A stretch of 50,792 bases of DNA, taken from the IMG/VR virus record IMGVR_UViG_3300005805_000121, positions 1-50,792 of that record. One strand, 5' to 3'. Shown one piece after another: positions 28,046 through 37,870 of the stretch (positions are counted from its first letter, which is position 1; each line of letters begins with the position of its first letter). The translations under genes and the position numbers were made by a program. Source of the DNA: a virus (lineage: Duplodnaviria > Caudoviricetes). Under the pieces are notes generated by a model. It searched no databases, was not told the DNA's origin, and saw only the letters and a list, made by a program, of their open reading frames with translations.

Positions 28046-28675
28046 TTATTTGTTAAAAGCAGCCCCAGTTTTTGGTTTGGCTGGTCTTGTAATCTTACTC
28101 ATCGGACTATTACCACCTTTTGGATCTTGTGGTATAGCTTTGAAGGGATCAAATGCACTAGGTGTTTGCTTACCTGCATATTGCATCTGTATTTCATTAC
28201 CTTTCATTTGATCTTTGATACTTTGACGATATGAGTCACCGTATGCTTTATTTGCTTCTTTTGCTCCTGGCTGTTCTTCTAATTCTGTATGATTTAATAA
28301 TGGGCTATGACTAGCTTCATTCGCATATCCGTCGGCTTCATTATTGATACTATCATTGTAGTTTGTTTGTATTGCCCGAACCATGTTAACATTGTAGCCT
28401 AATAACTGTGCTATTTGTTGAATCATAGGTTCTGTTGCAGGATATCTAAAGTTTGCCTTAATGATAGTTATAGATTGATTGCGTAAGTCAGGAAAACCGT
28501 ATGGATCTTTCTGTATTGGCGTACTGACAGGTTTACTTATTTCAACCGCATCAAATTTTTCTTTAAGGTTATGACAAAACAAGTCACAGAAGTTTTTATC
28601 AACTTCTCCGGCGATCTTGATAGTATAATCGTAAAGCTTTACACTTTCAGTAATGTATTGTTTTAGGCTCTTCAT
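28046..28675 (-). CDS. Hypothetical late protein with a capsid-targeting-like N-terminus
   Basis: MKSLKQYITES; late motif at 28695-28702. Confidence 0.7.
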   Translation of the reverse strand: MKSLKQYITESVKLYDYTIKIAGEVDKNFCDLFCHNLKEKFDAVEISKPVSTPIQKDPYGFPDLRNQSITIIKANFRYPATEPMIQQIAQLLGYNVNMVRAIQTNYNDSINNEADGYANEASHSPLLNHTELEEQPGAKEANKAYGDSYRQSIKDQMKGNEIQMQYAGKQTPSAFDPFKAIPQDPKGGNSPMSKITRPAKPKTGAAFNK

Positions 28676-28709
28676 TGCATGTTCCTGTATCTAGTATTTA
28701 TCATCTATC

Positions 28710-29186
28710 TTATTTTTTAGCCGCTAGGATTTTGAGTAGCTCGTTCCTATCTAATAGCTGACCGTCTCCCACAGGAGTAGCTTCAACTTCTTCGTTTTTT
28801 GTGGATATTTTATGATCCAAAACTGCTTTTTTCAGTTGTAATTCAATCATTTTTAACTTTTTGTTTATTTTAGCAGTTTTTGCGGTAATAGCATGATTCA
28901 ACATTGTTCCTGCACTATTAAATATTTCCGCACTAAATCTACTGTCAACCTGCATACCCAAATCCATAAGGTCTTTATAACTATTAGTAGCCATTGCAGC
29001 CAGTTCATCCATTTCATTGTCACTAGCTTCCAAACCCTTAACTCGAGGTAATGCACCTTCTATCTTTTCTAGGTTGGAAAGCGTATCCTGCGTAATTATA
29101 TCGGCTTCAGCTTTCGCAATCAGAGATTCATTAATCTCTTTCTCAGATTCAGGAAGCTGAAATAATTCTTCTAGTTTTTTAGTCAT
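28710..29186 (-). CDS. Putative terminase small subunit (T4 gp16-like)
   Basis: Size, helical/coiled-coil pattern and C-terminal DRNELLK resemble gp16; exact TATAAATA 6 nt upstream. The function call is tentative. Confidence 0.45.
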   Translation of the reverse strand: MTKKLEELFQLPESEKEINESLIAKAEADIITQDTLSNLEKIEGALPRVKGLEASDNEMDELAAMATNSYKDLMDLGMQVDSRFSAEIFNSAGTMLNHAITAKTAKINKKLKMIELQLKKAVLDHKISTKNEEVEATPVGDGQLLDRNELLKILAAKK

Positions 29187-29192
29187 AATATC

Positions 29193-29200
29193 TATTTATA
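29193..29200 (-). promoter_or_regulatory. Exact T4 late promoter TATAAATA, 6 nt upstream of ATG
   Basis: TATAAATA-GATATT-ATG. Confidence 0.7.
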
Positions 29201-29208
29201 TTCTAAAA

Positions 29209-30378
29209 TTAGATCAAATCCAAATTTTGTAAAATTGTACAGTTAGATGTAAGTTTACCTAAAGCAATAAATTTACGAAAATTGAATTTTACCAAACTAT
29301 CTAGTTCATGAATTTTTCTATTAAATTCAGTGTTGGATAAGCTATGTAACTTTTTCATTTCAGACACAATCATTTTTACTTTGGTCTTATGGTCATCTAC
29401 TTCATCATATCGTTCATCAAACAAATCAGAGAAAGATTTAAATCCTTCTTCTTTTAATAGTTGCATACTACCAACAGGAGCTATCATAAGGAAGGGTTTT
29501 TTACTTACAATAGCTTTATATGTTTTTTCAGTAACCATAATTCTATTTTTCTTGTATCGTGTTTCTATAACAATATTGATCTTTCCTTTTGCATACAAAT
29601 CGTAAATCGTAAGGGGAAATGAATTACGTAGGTCGGTTGTATCTAAACAATATGGTAGACCATCTATCCATTGGCGCAACAAAATTAATTTTTTATCTGT
29701 ATATTCTTTAACTATTTCGTCCTCTTGAAGTTCATGTTTAGTTACCCATGGATCAGGATAAGGTCTTAGTTCGGGTATAAAATTAGTAAAAGTATAGCAA
29801 CAATCATTGATTAAATTTTCTGTAACCAGCTTTGAAAAAAAATAAAATCTAGCATTGTCGTATCGTCTTGAAAATACACTAAATCTTTTTTGTTCGATTG
29901 GTGTTTTTAATTGTTCAAAATAATTTATATTACTCAAATATTGCTCATATACCACATTAAGATAAAAGTTATGAACTTGAATGTTTACTCCGAATATAGA
30001 AGTATTACTAAGAATTTGATCTAGTTTGTATTTTTCATGAGTAAATGAAACCGTTATCCATATATTTTTTGCTTCTATGCCATATTGAAGTATTAATTTT
30101 TTTATACCCCCAATGGTCGGTTCAATAGAAGTTGTAAATTCTTCTCTAAAACATAGTTGACAGTTAGGTAAAGTTGCAAACTGTTTTAATTGGTGAGGTG
30201 AAATATGTTCTTCTATATGCTCTAATGTATGTAATTCAGCCAAGTACACTGAATTTTCTAAGATATTCGGAGATTCTTCTATTATAAAGAATGCCCCTCC
30301 TTCATATCTACCGTTTAAGGGGCGCCGTAAAAGTACTATTTTATTAGCACGTTCTTTATTAACATATAGATGTTTCAT
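29209..30378 (-). CDS. Putative glycosyltransferase-like protein (paralog 1)
   Basis: C-terminal INIVIET...VTEKTYKAI...KPFL...GFKSF...DERYD motif shared with two other ORFs. Confidence 0.55.
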   Translation of the reverse strand: MKHLYVNKERANKIVLLRRPLNGRYEGGAFFIIEESPNILENSVYLAELHTLEHIEEHISPHQLKQFATLPNCQLCFREEFTTSIEPTIGGIKKLILQYGIEAKNIWITVSFTHEKYKLDQILSNTSIFGVNIQVHNFYLNVVYEQYLSNINYFEQLKTPIEQKRFSVFSRRYDNARFYFFSKLVTENLINDCCYTFTNFIPELRPYPDPWVTKHELQEDEIVKEYTDKKLILLRQWIDGLPYCLDTTDLRNSFPLTIYDLYAKGKINIVIETRYKKNRIMVTEKTYKAIVSKKPFLMIAPVGSMQLLKEEGFKSFSDLFDERYDEVDDHKTKVKMIVSEMKKLHSLSNTEFNRKIHELDSLVKFNFRKFIALGKLTSNCTILQNLDLI

Positions 30379-30809
30379 TTCCTGCCATTGTAGAAAAGAT
30401 CATCCTCTGTTATAACCCTAAAAGTGTAGCCTTGACTTTTGCAATAAGCCATAGCAGACGCCCACTTGGCGTGATTGATTGCAACAATAGCTCTGTCTCT
30501 TGCACTCGCTACTTTGCTCTCAATAAGACTTTGTTTCTTAGGTTTTATTTCAACAACTTCAGCTATTTGTTTGCCATACTTATTTTGATAAACAACAAAG
30601 AAATCAGGAACGTATATTGTTTGCTTACCCGTTAGTGGGTTTTTGTAAGGTATTCTTAATGCTTCACTAGCCCAGTACAATACGTTGTTGTTTGTATCGC
30701 AAAAGGTCATAAAAGTAAGTTCCCAACCCGATCTATATTTAGGATTGTGGTTTCCTATATACTTTTGTGGGTTTTTGGGAGTGTATTTGCCTTGTGCCCA
30801 TTTTGCCAT
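30375..30809 (-). CDS. gp4: Head completion protein (T4 gp4-like, TnsA-like nuclease fold)
   Basis: PKNPQKYIG...YRSGWE...WASE...IPY...YVPDF...EIKP...NHAKW...FRVITE. Confidence 0.85.
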   Translation of the reverse strand: MAKWAQGKYTPKNPQKYIGNHNPKYRSGWELTFMTFCDTNNNVLYWASEALRIPYKNPLTGKQTIYVPDFFVVYQNKYGKQIAEVVEIKPKKQSLIESKVASARDRAIVAINHAKWASAMAYCKSQGYTFRVITEDDLFYNGRK

Positions 30810-30810
30810 A

Positions 30811-31176
30811 TTACTGTACTACGTTTCTTGCAACGGGAATTACTGGTTGTGGAATAGTGCCTATTCCATACAATGAAGTTTTTGACTTTAGACTATTTAA
30901 CCAATAGCAAATTTGTTGGTTCATTTGTAGTTTATTGGTTTTACCTTTAATTTCATCCAGCAGTGTTAAAACATCAACGCCGGTTTGAGTAGAAATTCTA
31001 AACAGAACAGTTGTAAAATTGTCAGCTATGTTTTTTGTTCTACATACACCTGTAAAATATCCATGCACAATGTCATACTGGCTTGCTCCAACTTTTAAAT
31101 CAGTTTGGTAGAAAGCATCAAAAATTTGAACTGTTCTGTCTAACGATGTAGACCTGTCATCTATAATTCTTGGCAT
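30811..31176 (-). CDS. Hypothetical protein in the tail operon
   Basis: Tightly packed ORF. Confidence 0.7.
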   Translation of the reverse strand: MPRIIDDRSTSLDRTVQIFDAFYQTDLKVGASQYDIVHGYFTGVCRTKNIADNFTTVLFRISTQTGVDVLTLLDEIKGKTNKLQMNQQICYWLNSLKSKTSLYGIGTIPQPVIPVARNVVQ

Positions 31177-31177
31177 A

Positions 31178-31444
31178 TTATACTGTTACTTGTTTACCCA
31201 TATATGGTGTTTCTCCGTCAATCGTTGTATTAGTAACTGCTAATAACGTGGGAGAACCTGCACCGTAATTAGGCGTACTCATGTTTGCCGGAAAAATAAA
31301 TCTTGCATTTCTATTTACATTTGGTCTGTCTCTATTTGAAATAATGAGACCAGCTTGTGACTGTGTAAAGTTGCTTGTGGTTAAATTTGGAACTTTTTGA
31401 TAATTATAAGCAACATTGGGATTGTTGTTATTAAATGATGCCAT
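31178..31444 (-). CDS. Hypothetical Asn-rich protein (88 aa)
   Basis: Fills the gap with 1-nt spacers. Confidence 0.55.
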   Translation of the reverse strand: MASFNNNNPNVAYNYQKVPNLTTSNFTQSQAGLIISNRDRPNVNRNARFIFPANMSTPNYGAGSPTLLAVTNTTIDGETPYMGKQVTV

Positions 31445-31445
31445 A

Positions 31446-32426
31446 TTACCCCCTGCCGTAACTGTTATATTGACGACCTGTTGAAGCCGTTCCTTGTATA
31501 GTTCCTAGTTTAGCTTGATTGCCGGGGTTTAAAGGTCGTACATAACCACCTGCTGCAAAATCATAACCACCATTGGCTGTAGTAGCGGATTGTGCTCCTT
31601 CAGGAGTTATAGGACTCAATTCTTTATCATAGAATGCATCTAAGCCGAACCCTTGAACAATATTATCAGGTGTCCTACCGTCCATTGCACCTTCATTATA
31701 AACTACAGTTTCATAGTTTATATCCATTTTTATTTCCATAGTACCACTAGCTTCTGAATAGCTATAAGTATCATGGTCTAACTTAGTAATCATGGGATTA
31801 ATAAGTGTATATGCTGTAAAATTATGTCTATTAAAACCGAATATAGTTATGTTTCTAAAAAAAGGCGCTTTAGTAATTACACCATCACCTTGAAAACTTT
31901 CTCCTATATATCCCCAATTATTTTCACCAGTTAAATCGCCATCATAAACATTACGTACATTATAATTTTTATAGGGATTTACTTGAGACTGATTGGGTTG
32001 TGATCCTCTCACGCCGTTTATCAATCCATTAAAATTAGTAGGATCTTTATAGTAGTAGGTATAATATGCATCCCACAACTTAGTGACCATGTTGATGTTG
32101 TCATCATGAAACGTTATGTTTATGGGTTCATATGATATTTTTGTTTGCACTATTCTTTTTCTATTGTACTGATTAAGTTCATGCGTTTTTACAGAAAAAG
32201 AAGGAAGTCTTACGGATTTTACAAGCACTCCGAAATTATCCCCGGTGTTTACATTAAAACTGTAAGCAACGGGGTTAATATCAAAGAACGTATGAAACAG
32301 GAATTTATATTTAGGCGCAACGTCATATGACCCTGGCCTAAATATTTTAGCAGCATGTGTAAAGTCTCTTAAATAGACCTGCCCTCTTCCGACAGGTCTT
32401 TGAAGACTATCTCCGTAGTATGCCAT
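31446..32426 (-). CDS. Tail tube-like protein (baseplate-tube junction, gp48/gp54-like)
   Basis: Tube-fold pattern VKSVRLPSF...NQYNRK...YEPINITFHDD; directly after the tube gene. Confidence 0.7.
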   Translation of the reverse strand: MAYYGDSLQRPVGRGQVYLRDFTHAAKIFRPGSYDVAPKYKFLFHTFFDINPVAYSFNVNTGDNFGVLVKSVRLPSFSVKTHELNQYNRKRIVQTKISYEPINITFHDDNINMVTKLWDAYYTYYYKDPTNFNGLINGVRGSQPNQSQVNPYKNYNVRNVYDGDLTGENNWGYIGESFQGDGVITKAPFFRNITIFGFNRHNFTAYTLINPMITKLDHDTYSYSEASGTMEIKMDINYETVVYNEGAMDGRTPDNIVQGFGLDAFYDKELSPITPEGAQSATTANGGYDFAAGGYVRPLNPGNQAKLGTIQGTASTGRQYNSYGRG

Positions 32427-32430
32427 TCAA

Positions 32431-33099
32431 TTATTCACCAACTCCAGTTGTTAGACCAACATCACTAGAAGTAGGCTGACGACCGTTAATTGTACCAGCT
32501 TGTATACCGACGCCAGATGGAGCACCATCAAGACCATCAGCACCGTCAGATTGTACAGCATTGTCAAACTGAATTGTTAATGCAATTCTAACATCTTCCG
32601 AAGTACCGTAGTTTAATGTATTCCAGTTAACTGATTCTAAGTAGCATCCATATAGTTCCCAACGTTCTAGTATGTTAGCATCGTATTGACCGTTACCACC
32701 GTCTAGAATATCGATATAAGCTGCAAACTTATAGTCACTTGCGGCTGCTGCACTTGCCTGTTCAACAAAGTCAAGTTGCTTCTGTAACTGTTCACCAACT
32801 AAGCGTGATACATTACCACCTGCATCATCACGTAAGTTAACAGTCATAGGTTGCCATGTGTGTTTACCTGCCATATATAATGTTGAGTTATATACAGGCA
32901 ATGTGATTTTAGCGAATGACAAGTTTGGACGGGAAAGATCAATAACTTGTCTAGTTAGTTGCAAGTCATTGTCTCCTAATCCAAAATTAAAGAATGTCAT
33001 TCTGAATCTGAATTGTAACTTCGGCATTAACAAGCCTTGGTTTTCTTGACCATCTGGCTTTACCGATAAGTTACTTAATGATAGTGAGGCTGCTGCCAT
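32431..33099 (-). CDS. gp19: Tail tube protein
   Basis: RFRMTF...SRPNLSF...YMAGKHTWQPMTVNLRDD...WELYGCY...LTIQFDNA; follows the sheath gene; has its own late motif. Confidence 0.85.
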   Translation of the reverse strand: MAAASLSLSNLSVKPDGQENQGLLMPKLQFRFRMTFFNFGLGDNDLQLTRQVIDLSRPNLSFAKITLPVYNSTLYMAGKHTWQPMTVNLRDDAGGNVSRLVGEQLQKQLDFVEQASAAAASDYKFAAYIDILDGGNGQYDANILERWELYGCYLESVNWNTLNYGTSEDVRIALTIQFDNAVQSDGADGLDGAPSGVGIQAGTINGRQPTSSDVGLTTGVGE

Positions 33100-33120
33100 T
33101 TTTATTTCTCCTGTTTATAT

Positions 33121-33128
33121 TATTTATC
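33121..33128 (-). promoter_or_regulatory. Late promoter GATAAATA for the tail tube gene
   Basis: Followed by AGGAG SD and ATG 33099. Confidence 0.75.
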
Positions 33129-33146
33129 TCTAACCAAAACTCAAAT

Positions 33147-33169
33147 TAGAAGGGGATTTTCCCCTTCTA
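33147..33169 (-). terminator. Stem-loop after the tail sheath gene (terminator or processing site)
   Basis: TAGAAGGGGA-N3-TCCCCTTCTA; only a short U tract. Confidence 0.65.
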
Positions 33170-33172
33170 GAT

Positions 33173-36100
33173 TTAGGCTCCTGATAGTTCTCCTGTATTC
33201 AAGATACGAACTGGGATGTAGATAAATTCAACAGCCTTCACAGGTTCAATTGCTATATCGACCCAAAGTTCATTTCTATCAATTCTTGCAGGGGTATTGT
33301 TGCTTTCGTCGCATACAACTAGATAGTCATAGACACCACGTTTAGCAACCAAATCAAGCATTAGAGATTCACATGTATTCTTGATCTGACCACGTGTAAA
33401 CGCATCGTTAGGTTCAAAGACATATGGACGACCTGCAAGTGTTAGTTGTCTACGAATGTAAGCAACTAAACGTGCAACGTTAGTTCTGTCAAGGGCGCTT
33501 TGTGAGTTAAAGCTTGTCTTGTTACCGTAGTTCAACAAACCTTGACCAGTAAAGAATACTAGTGGGTTAATGAAGTTGACATACAATACGTCACGTACGC
33601 CAATTCGTGTTTTGATAACTTGGAACTCACCTGTTTGTCTATTGACATAACCAATGTTTGCGGCGTTGTCGATGATACCGCGACGAGTACCAGCAGCAGC
33701 TAACCAAGGATAAGCGATTGTGTCATTTCTAATAAATGTTCTCAACATCATATGTGATGCCGGAACAGCTACTAGGTTACCACTTAGGTCACTTGTAATT
33801 CCGCTCGGATAGAACAATCCTAAATAAGTATTACGTGTCACACAACCTTCTTCACCTGTGCTTGTAGCGCCGGCGGCGTTAGTTGCCCATGCTTGAATTG
33901 CAGTAGCACTATCACTTAGACCCATTGGAGTATCACCTAATATGTATCCAGTTTCACCACGATCAGCATTCAATACAACCATGTTAGGTTGTAGTTCTGG
34001 ATAGTTAGGTGTTGCCATTAAGTTGAAGTAGTTATCTTCATCACGGATGTCAGTATTTGTGTCGATTGCAGCACGTAATGCTTCTACAACCATTGCACGT
34101 TGTGCCTTACGACCCATATATGGACTACCATTGCTCTGTAAACCACTTACGCTTACCCATGCATTTCTTTCTGTTGGTAGAGAAGCTCCTGGGAAGTTTG
34201 TACCGTTAAAATAGTTTTGCTTGAATTGCTTAACATTATAACCTGAACGGCGTGTGTTAAACAATAGCATACCTGTTGGATATAAGCTAGATTCAGGTGC
34301 ATCCAAATCCAAGTAGTTGCTTGTTAACAAACTCTGTATTGTCGGAATAGGATCATTTGTAACACTAGTTGTGCCATTTGTAGCCCAACGTGCGTCAGCA
34401 AATACTACACCTTCTGGATTTAGTTGATCCGAATTGTCAATCAACACCCATTGATTTTCACCTGCAACTGATTGCCAACGATAAATCACCGGATAATTTT
34501 CTAAATTGCTTGTATCGATCCACAAGTCACCATACACAAGTGCTGTACCATCACTCTGAGTTTCTGGCTCACTTGCACTCACAATAGGACCATTTGGATC
34601 AGTTGCGTTAACACCACTTGGTGTTGGGAATCCGTTTAAGTCATAATTCTGATTCTTATAACCTTTCCAGTTGCCGTTGTAATTAACCATGATATCAACT
34701 TCATCAACGACTGAATAGAACCAGTTGGTATTGTTTGCAGGATTTGCAACTGGAGCACCTTCGTTTGCTGTAAAGTCAAATGCTACCCAATTACTTAATT
34801 CTACGTAGTAGATGTTTTCAGCAGTACCTGAAATGAATTGTATAGATGTGATAGGACCTGTAGGACCGGGGCCACTGATAGACGTTACCTTCAGAGAGCA
34901 ATCATTGACAGCTATTGTGCCACCCAAATCAGCGCCAGACAATGTAATTATTTCACCTACAGCATAACCACTTCCCCCACTTCCCCCAAACGTTTGTACC
35001 GGGATATAAGCACCATATGAACTGTTTACTGTGAATGTGCAACCTGTACCTGAACCAGAAGTAGCACTTTGTGAAACACCGCTGAACTGAAGCAATAGTG
35101 AATCTTGATATTTTACGCCATCTGTAGTATTAGCAATAAATCCTGCTTCTACTAGTACACCATTGGACTGTCCTTTTTCTGGAACCGCGTCATTAATTAC
35201 GTCAGTAAGTACAATTGAGCCACCCAATGTGTGTGTTAATTGAATAGCACCTGATGTTGCAACAGAAGCCTGTGTATAAGGAATTCCTGCTGCTGCCCAT
35301 GAAGTAACAAAATCTGTAGCATCTGATCCTTCAGCTATTGTCACTGTATATGAACTAGACAACGATGAAGAATTAGGCTGACTTACTCTAACGAATAATT
35401 GATAAGGACCTGTACCTAATGGTGCTAAAGTTGAGAAATCAGGAGATGTGTTTGTTCCCGTAACTACTGTAGGACCAGTTGCATTACGTTTCCATAAATA
35501 TACAGGAGCATTTCTCAAACTGTTGTTGAAGAAATATTGTCCATATATTGTTCCTGCAGGAATTGCTGCACCACCAGTAGGATCTAATGCTGCACATGCT
35601 GCTTGATCTGAGACAGCAAGAGTAATATCTTTAGTGACCCAATCTGCTAATGTAGAACTCCATTCTTCTAGTACTGGAGCTAGACCAGAGCCTCCTACCT
35701 TCATCCAAATAGAACCTGTTGGTCTAGGATATGTTTGGCCTGCTTGCCATGTTGGTTGTTGTGCAGATGTGCCCCATGTCATTAATGGTTGATAATAAGT
35801 TCCTGCATCAATTCCCATATCATCTAATGGGGTACCGATGCCATTTGCCAAACCAATAAATCTTGGCGGGGAAGATGTACCTTCTGGATAATCTTGGAAA
35901 ATGCAAAGTTTTCCATCACGCACAGAAGCAGTCAACCAAGCCCAACCTAAAGTTGAAATTTGAGATGCTACACCGGCCACGTTACCTATGCCGCCGCCTG
36001 CGTCAGGAACAGAGATTGTAATTGTCACATCACCATCGAAGTTCAATGTAAATGTGTCACCTGCAGTTAGTACAGGATTCGATTCAGTACCTTGTACGGT

Positions 36101-36778
36101 TGGCCAATCGTTTTTCCATTGTGGACTTCCTATTTCTACCCATTGATTGCTGGTAGTCTTATAGAAGAACATATTAGCGTTAATAGGTATTACATTATAC
36201 ATATTACTTGCAAGATTTACAGCGTAATCTCCAATAGCACCGATAGATGCTAAGGGAACTCCACCTGATAAATCAGTAGTATCTGTAATAATGATAGGAT
36301 CTTGTAACGTGAAACTACCTGTAGTAGCGTTAAATTCGTATATACCCCATTGTGAAGTTGTACTATCTAACCAATAAGTGCCGTTAGCTGGAGCACCAAC
36401 TGGGCGACCAGTTTGACCAACTAAGCTAGCTAAATCAATATCTGCTCTCAACACATAGCAACGATTTGTAACACCCAATACTGAATAAGCAGCCAATAGA
36501 CCGTATTCGTTGAGTTCGTAACCCTGAATAGGGGTACCATTACTTGTTGTGTAAAATGTTGGGTTACCAAATAGTGTGACAAGATCACGTTGACTTGTAA
36601 TTTGATATAATTTATTTGCGTTTGCTGCGGTTGTGCCTGCTGCAATGCCGGCGCCGTTTGGATCAGCTTTGTCTTGTGCCGTCGCTAGTAGCACGAACGG
36701 AACGGAACCTGGTGCGGCTGGAAGATACTGACTCTGATCAATTACTGTAACTTCTACGCCTGGAGATGTTAATGCCAT
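33173..36778 (-). CDS. gp18: Contractile tail sheath protein with large insertions (1201 aa)
   Basis: N-terminal SPGVEVTVID; C-terminal NVARL...FEPND...VVCDESNNTPARIDRNEL...PVKAVEFIYI. Confidence 0.95.
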   Translation of the reverse strand: MALTSPGVEVTVIDQSQYLPAAPGSVPFVLLATAQDKADPNGAGIAAGTTAANANKLYQITSQRDLVTLFGNPTFYTTSNGTPIQGYELNEYGLLAAYSVLGVTNRCYVLRADIDLASLVGQTGRPVGAPANGTYWLDSTTSQWGIYEFNATTGSFTLQDPIIITDTTDLSGGVPLASIGAIGDYAVNLASNMYNVIPINANMFFYKTTSNQWVEIGSPQWKNDWPTVQGTESNPVLTAGDTFTLNFDGDVTITISVPDAGGGIGNVAGVASQISTLGWAWLTASVRDGKLCIFQDYPEGTSSPPRFIGLANGIGTPLDDMGIDAGTYYQPLMTWGTSAQQPTWQAGQTYPRPTGSIWMKVGGSGLAPVLEEWSSTLADWVTKDITLAVSDQAACAALDPTGGAAIPAGTIYGQYFFNNSLRNAPVYLWKRNATGPTVVTGTNTSPDFSTLAPLGTGPYQLFVRVSQPNSSSLSSSYTVTIAEGSDATDFVTSWAAAGIPYTQASVATSGAIQLTHTLGGSIVLTDVINDAVPEKGQSNGVLVEAGFIANTTDGVKYQDSLLLQFSGVSQSATSGSGTGCTFTVNSSYGAYIPVQTFGGSGGSGYAVGEIITLSGADLGGTIAVNDCSLKVTSISGPGPTGPITSIQFISGTAENIYYVELSNWVAFDFTANEGAPVANPANNTNWFYSVVDEVDIMVNYNGNWKGYKNQNYDLNGFPTPSGVNATDPNGPIVSASEPETQSDGTALVYGDLWIDTSNLENYPVIYRWQSVAGENQWVLIDNSDQLNPEGVVFADARWATNGTTSVTNDPIPTIQSLLTSNYLDLDAPESSLYPTGMLLFNTRRSGYNVKQFKQNYFNGTNFPGASLPTERNAWVSVSGLQSNGSPYMGRKAQRAMVVEALRAAIDTNTDIRDEDNYFNLMATPNYPELQPNMVVLNADRGETGYILGDTPMGLSDSATAIQAWATNAAGATSTGEEGCVTRNTYLGLFYPSGITSDLSGNLVAVPASHMMLRTFIRNDTIAYPWLAAAGTRRGIIDNAANIGYVNRQTGEFQVIKTRIGVRDVLYVNFINPLVFFTGQGLLNYGNKTSFNSQSALDRTNVARLVAYIRRQLTLAGRPYVFEPNDAFTRGQIKNTCESLMLDLVAKRGVYDYLVVCDESNNTPARIDRNELWVDIAIEPVKAVEFIYIPVRILNTGELSGA

Positions 36779-36833
36779 TTTCGTTTTCCTTTATTGTAAA
36801 ATTATGAGGTTTACCACCTAGAATGCATAATAG

Positions 36834-36897
36834 TATTTATAAAAATACCAAAAAAAATCGGTATTAGCGTGCCTTCGAAGGTTGGAAACAATAAATA
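36834..36897. promoter_or_regulatory. Divergent late promoters: TATAAATA (minus, 36834-36841) and AATAAATA (plus, 36890-36897)
   Basis: Positioned before gp18 and the HNH-like gene respectively. Confidence 0.7.
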
Positions 36898-36901
36898 CAG
36901 T

Positions 36902-37255
36902 ATGTCAGTGTATAGACCTATTTGCACACAATGTAATAAGAATTATAGAGCAATCAACTATATCCGTGCCGGCGTTACACATTACAGAAGATTATGTGAT
37001 GAGTGTGGGAGAAAGAAAAAGAAATTAAAGCCCCGTAGATCACTATGGTCTAAAGGGGGCTATAAAAAGAAAGCAAACTGCGATTTGTGCGGGTTCAGAA
37101 GTTTACTACCTACACAAATAACTGTGTTTCATGTAGACGGCAATTTAGAAAATATAGCTATCAGCAATCTGAGAAGTATATGTCTAAATTGTGTCGAAGT
37201 TGTTAAAAAGAAAGAAGTTACTTGGAAACGCGGTGACTTAGAGGTTGATTATTAA
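36902..37255 (+). CDS. Zn-binding, degenerate HNH-like protein
   Basis: Four CxxC pairs; VFHVDGNLENIAISNLRSICLNC. Start revised to the ATG 4 nt after the late motif. Confidence 0.7.
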   Translation: MSVYRPICTQCNKNYRAINYIRAGVTHYRRLCDECGRKKKKLKPRRSLWSKGGYKKKANCDLCGFRSLLPTQITVFHVDGNLENIAISNLRSICLNCVEVVKKKEVTWKRGDLEVDY

Positions 37256-37870
37256 CTTGATCTTGTTGTGTAGCTCATCGATAGTACCATTATTTTCTAT
37301 GATGTAATCATACTCTAGACCTACACTACTATATTCACTGGCATGAACATTATGTCGTTCCAGTGCTGCTTTGCCTAAGGCCCATCCTATATGTTTAGGT
37401 CCTTTGTTGTGTGCAATTGCATCATCATACCATATGGGCCTAGGACCTCTTTCTACTCTACATGTGACCCCATTAGAATTTTTAATGGCATTTACTTCAT
37501 TAGGAAAGCGGCAATCTGTAATAACAATATTGTCACGGGTAGACATTAATTTATGCTCTACGCTAGCTACCCAAATATCTTGGTGAAACCCATTCCTGCA
37601 TACTTCTGTGCCCCAATTTTGTAGAACCCATCTAGGAGTCAAGTGAGGTATGCCCAATCTATTAGCCCACCATTGATCGATAGTATCACGCCATTCTCTA
37701 CTGCTTTTAGTAGTACCCTCAAGCATTTCTCTATCCCAATGAAAGATAGAGGCTACTGCATCTTTTAACGAACCGGCGAAGCTTACTCGTTTAAAACCAT
37801 GAAAAGTACACAAATAATCAGCAATAGTATCTTTTCCTGAACCAATAAAGCCAGTAACACCTAGAATCAT
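37238..37870 (-). CDS. Deoxynucleoside monophosphate kinase (T4 gp1-like)
   Basis: GFIGSGKDT, FAGSLKD, TPRWVLQNWGTE, ITDCRFPNE, HASE. Confidence 0.92.
   Translation of the reverse strand: MILGVTGFIGSGKDTIADYLCTFHGFKRVSFAGSLKDAVASIFHWDREMLEGTTKSSREWRDTIDQWWANRLGIPHLTPRWVLQNWGTEVCRNGFHQDIWVASVEHKLMSTRDNIVITDCRFPNEVNAIKNSNGVTCRVERGPRPIWYDDAIAHNKGPKHIGWALGKAALERHNVHASEYSSVGLEYDYIIENNGTIDELHNKIKLIINL

Noticed and set aside
30375-30809. TnsA-like nuclease suggesting a Tn7 element
   Set aside because: Sequence and context match T4 gp4 head completion protein; no tnsB/tnsC or transposon ends.
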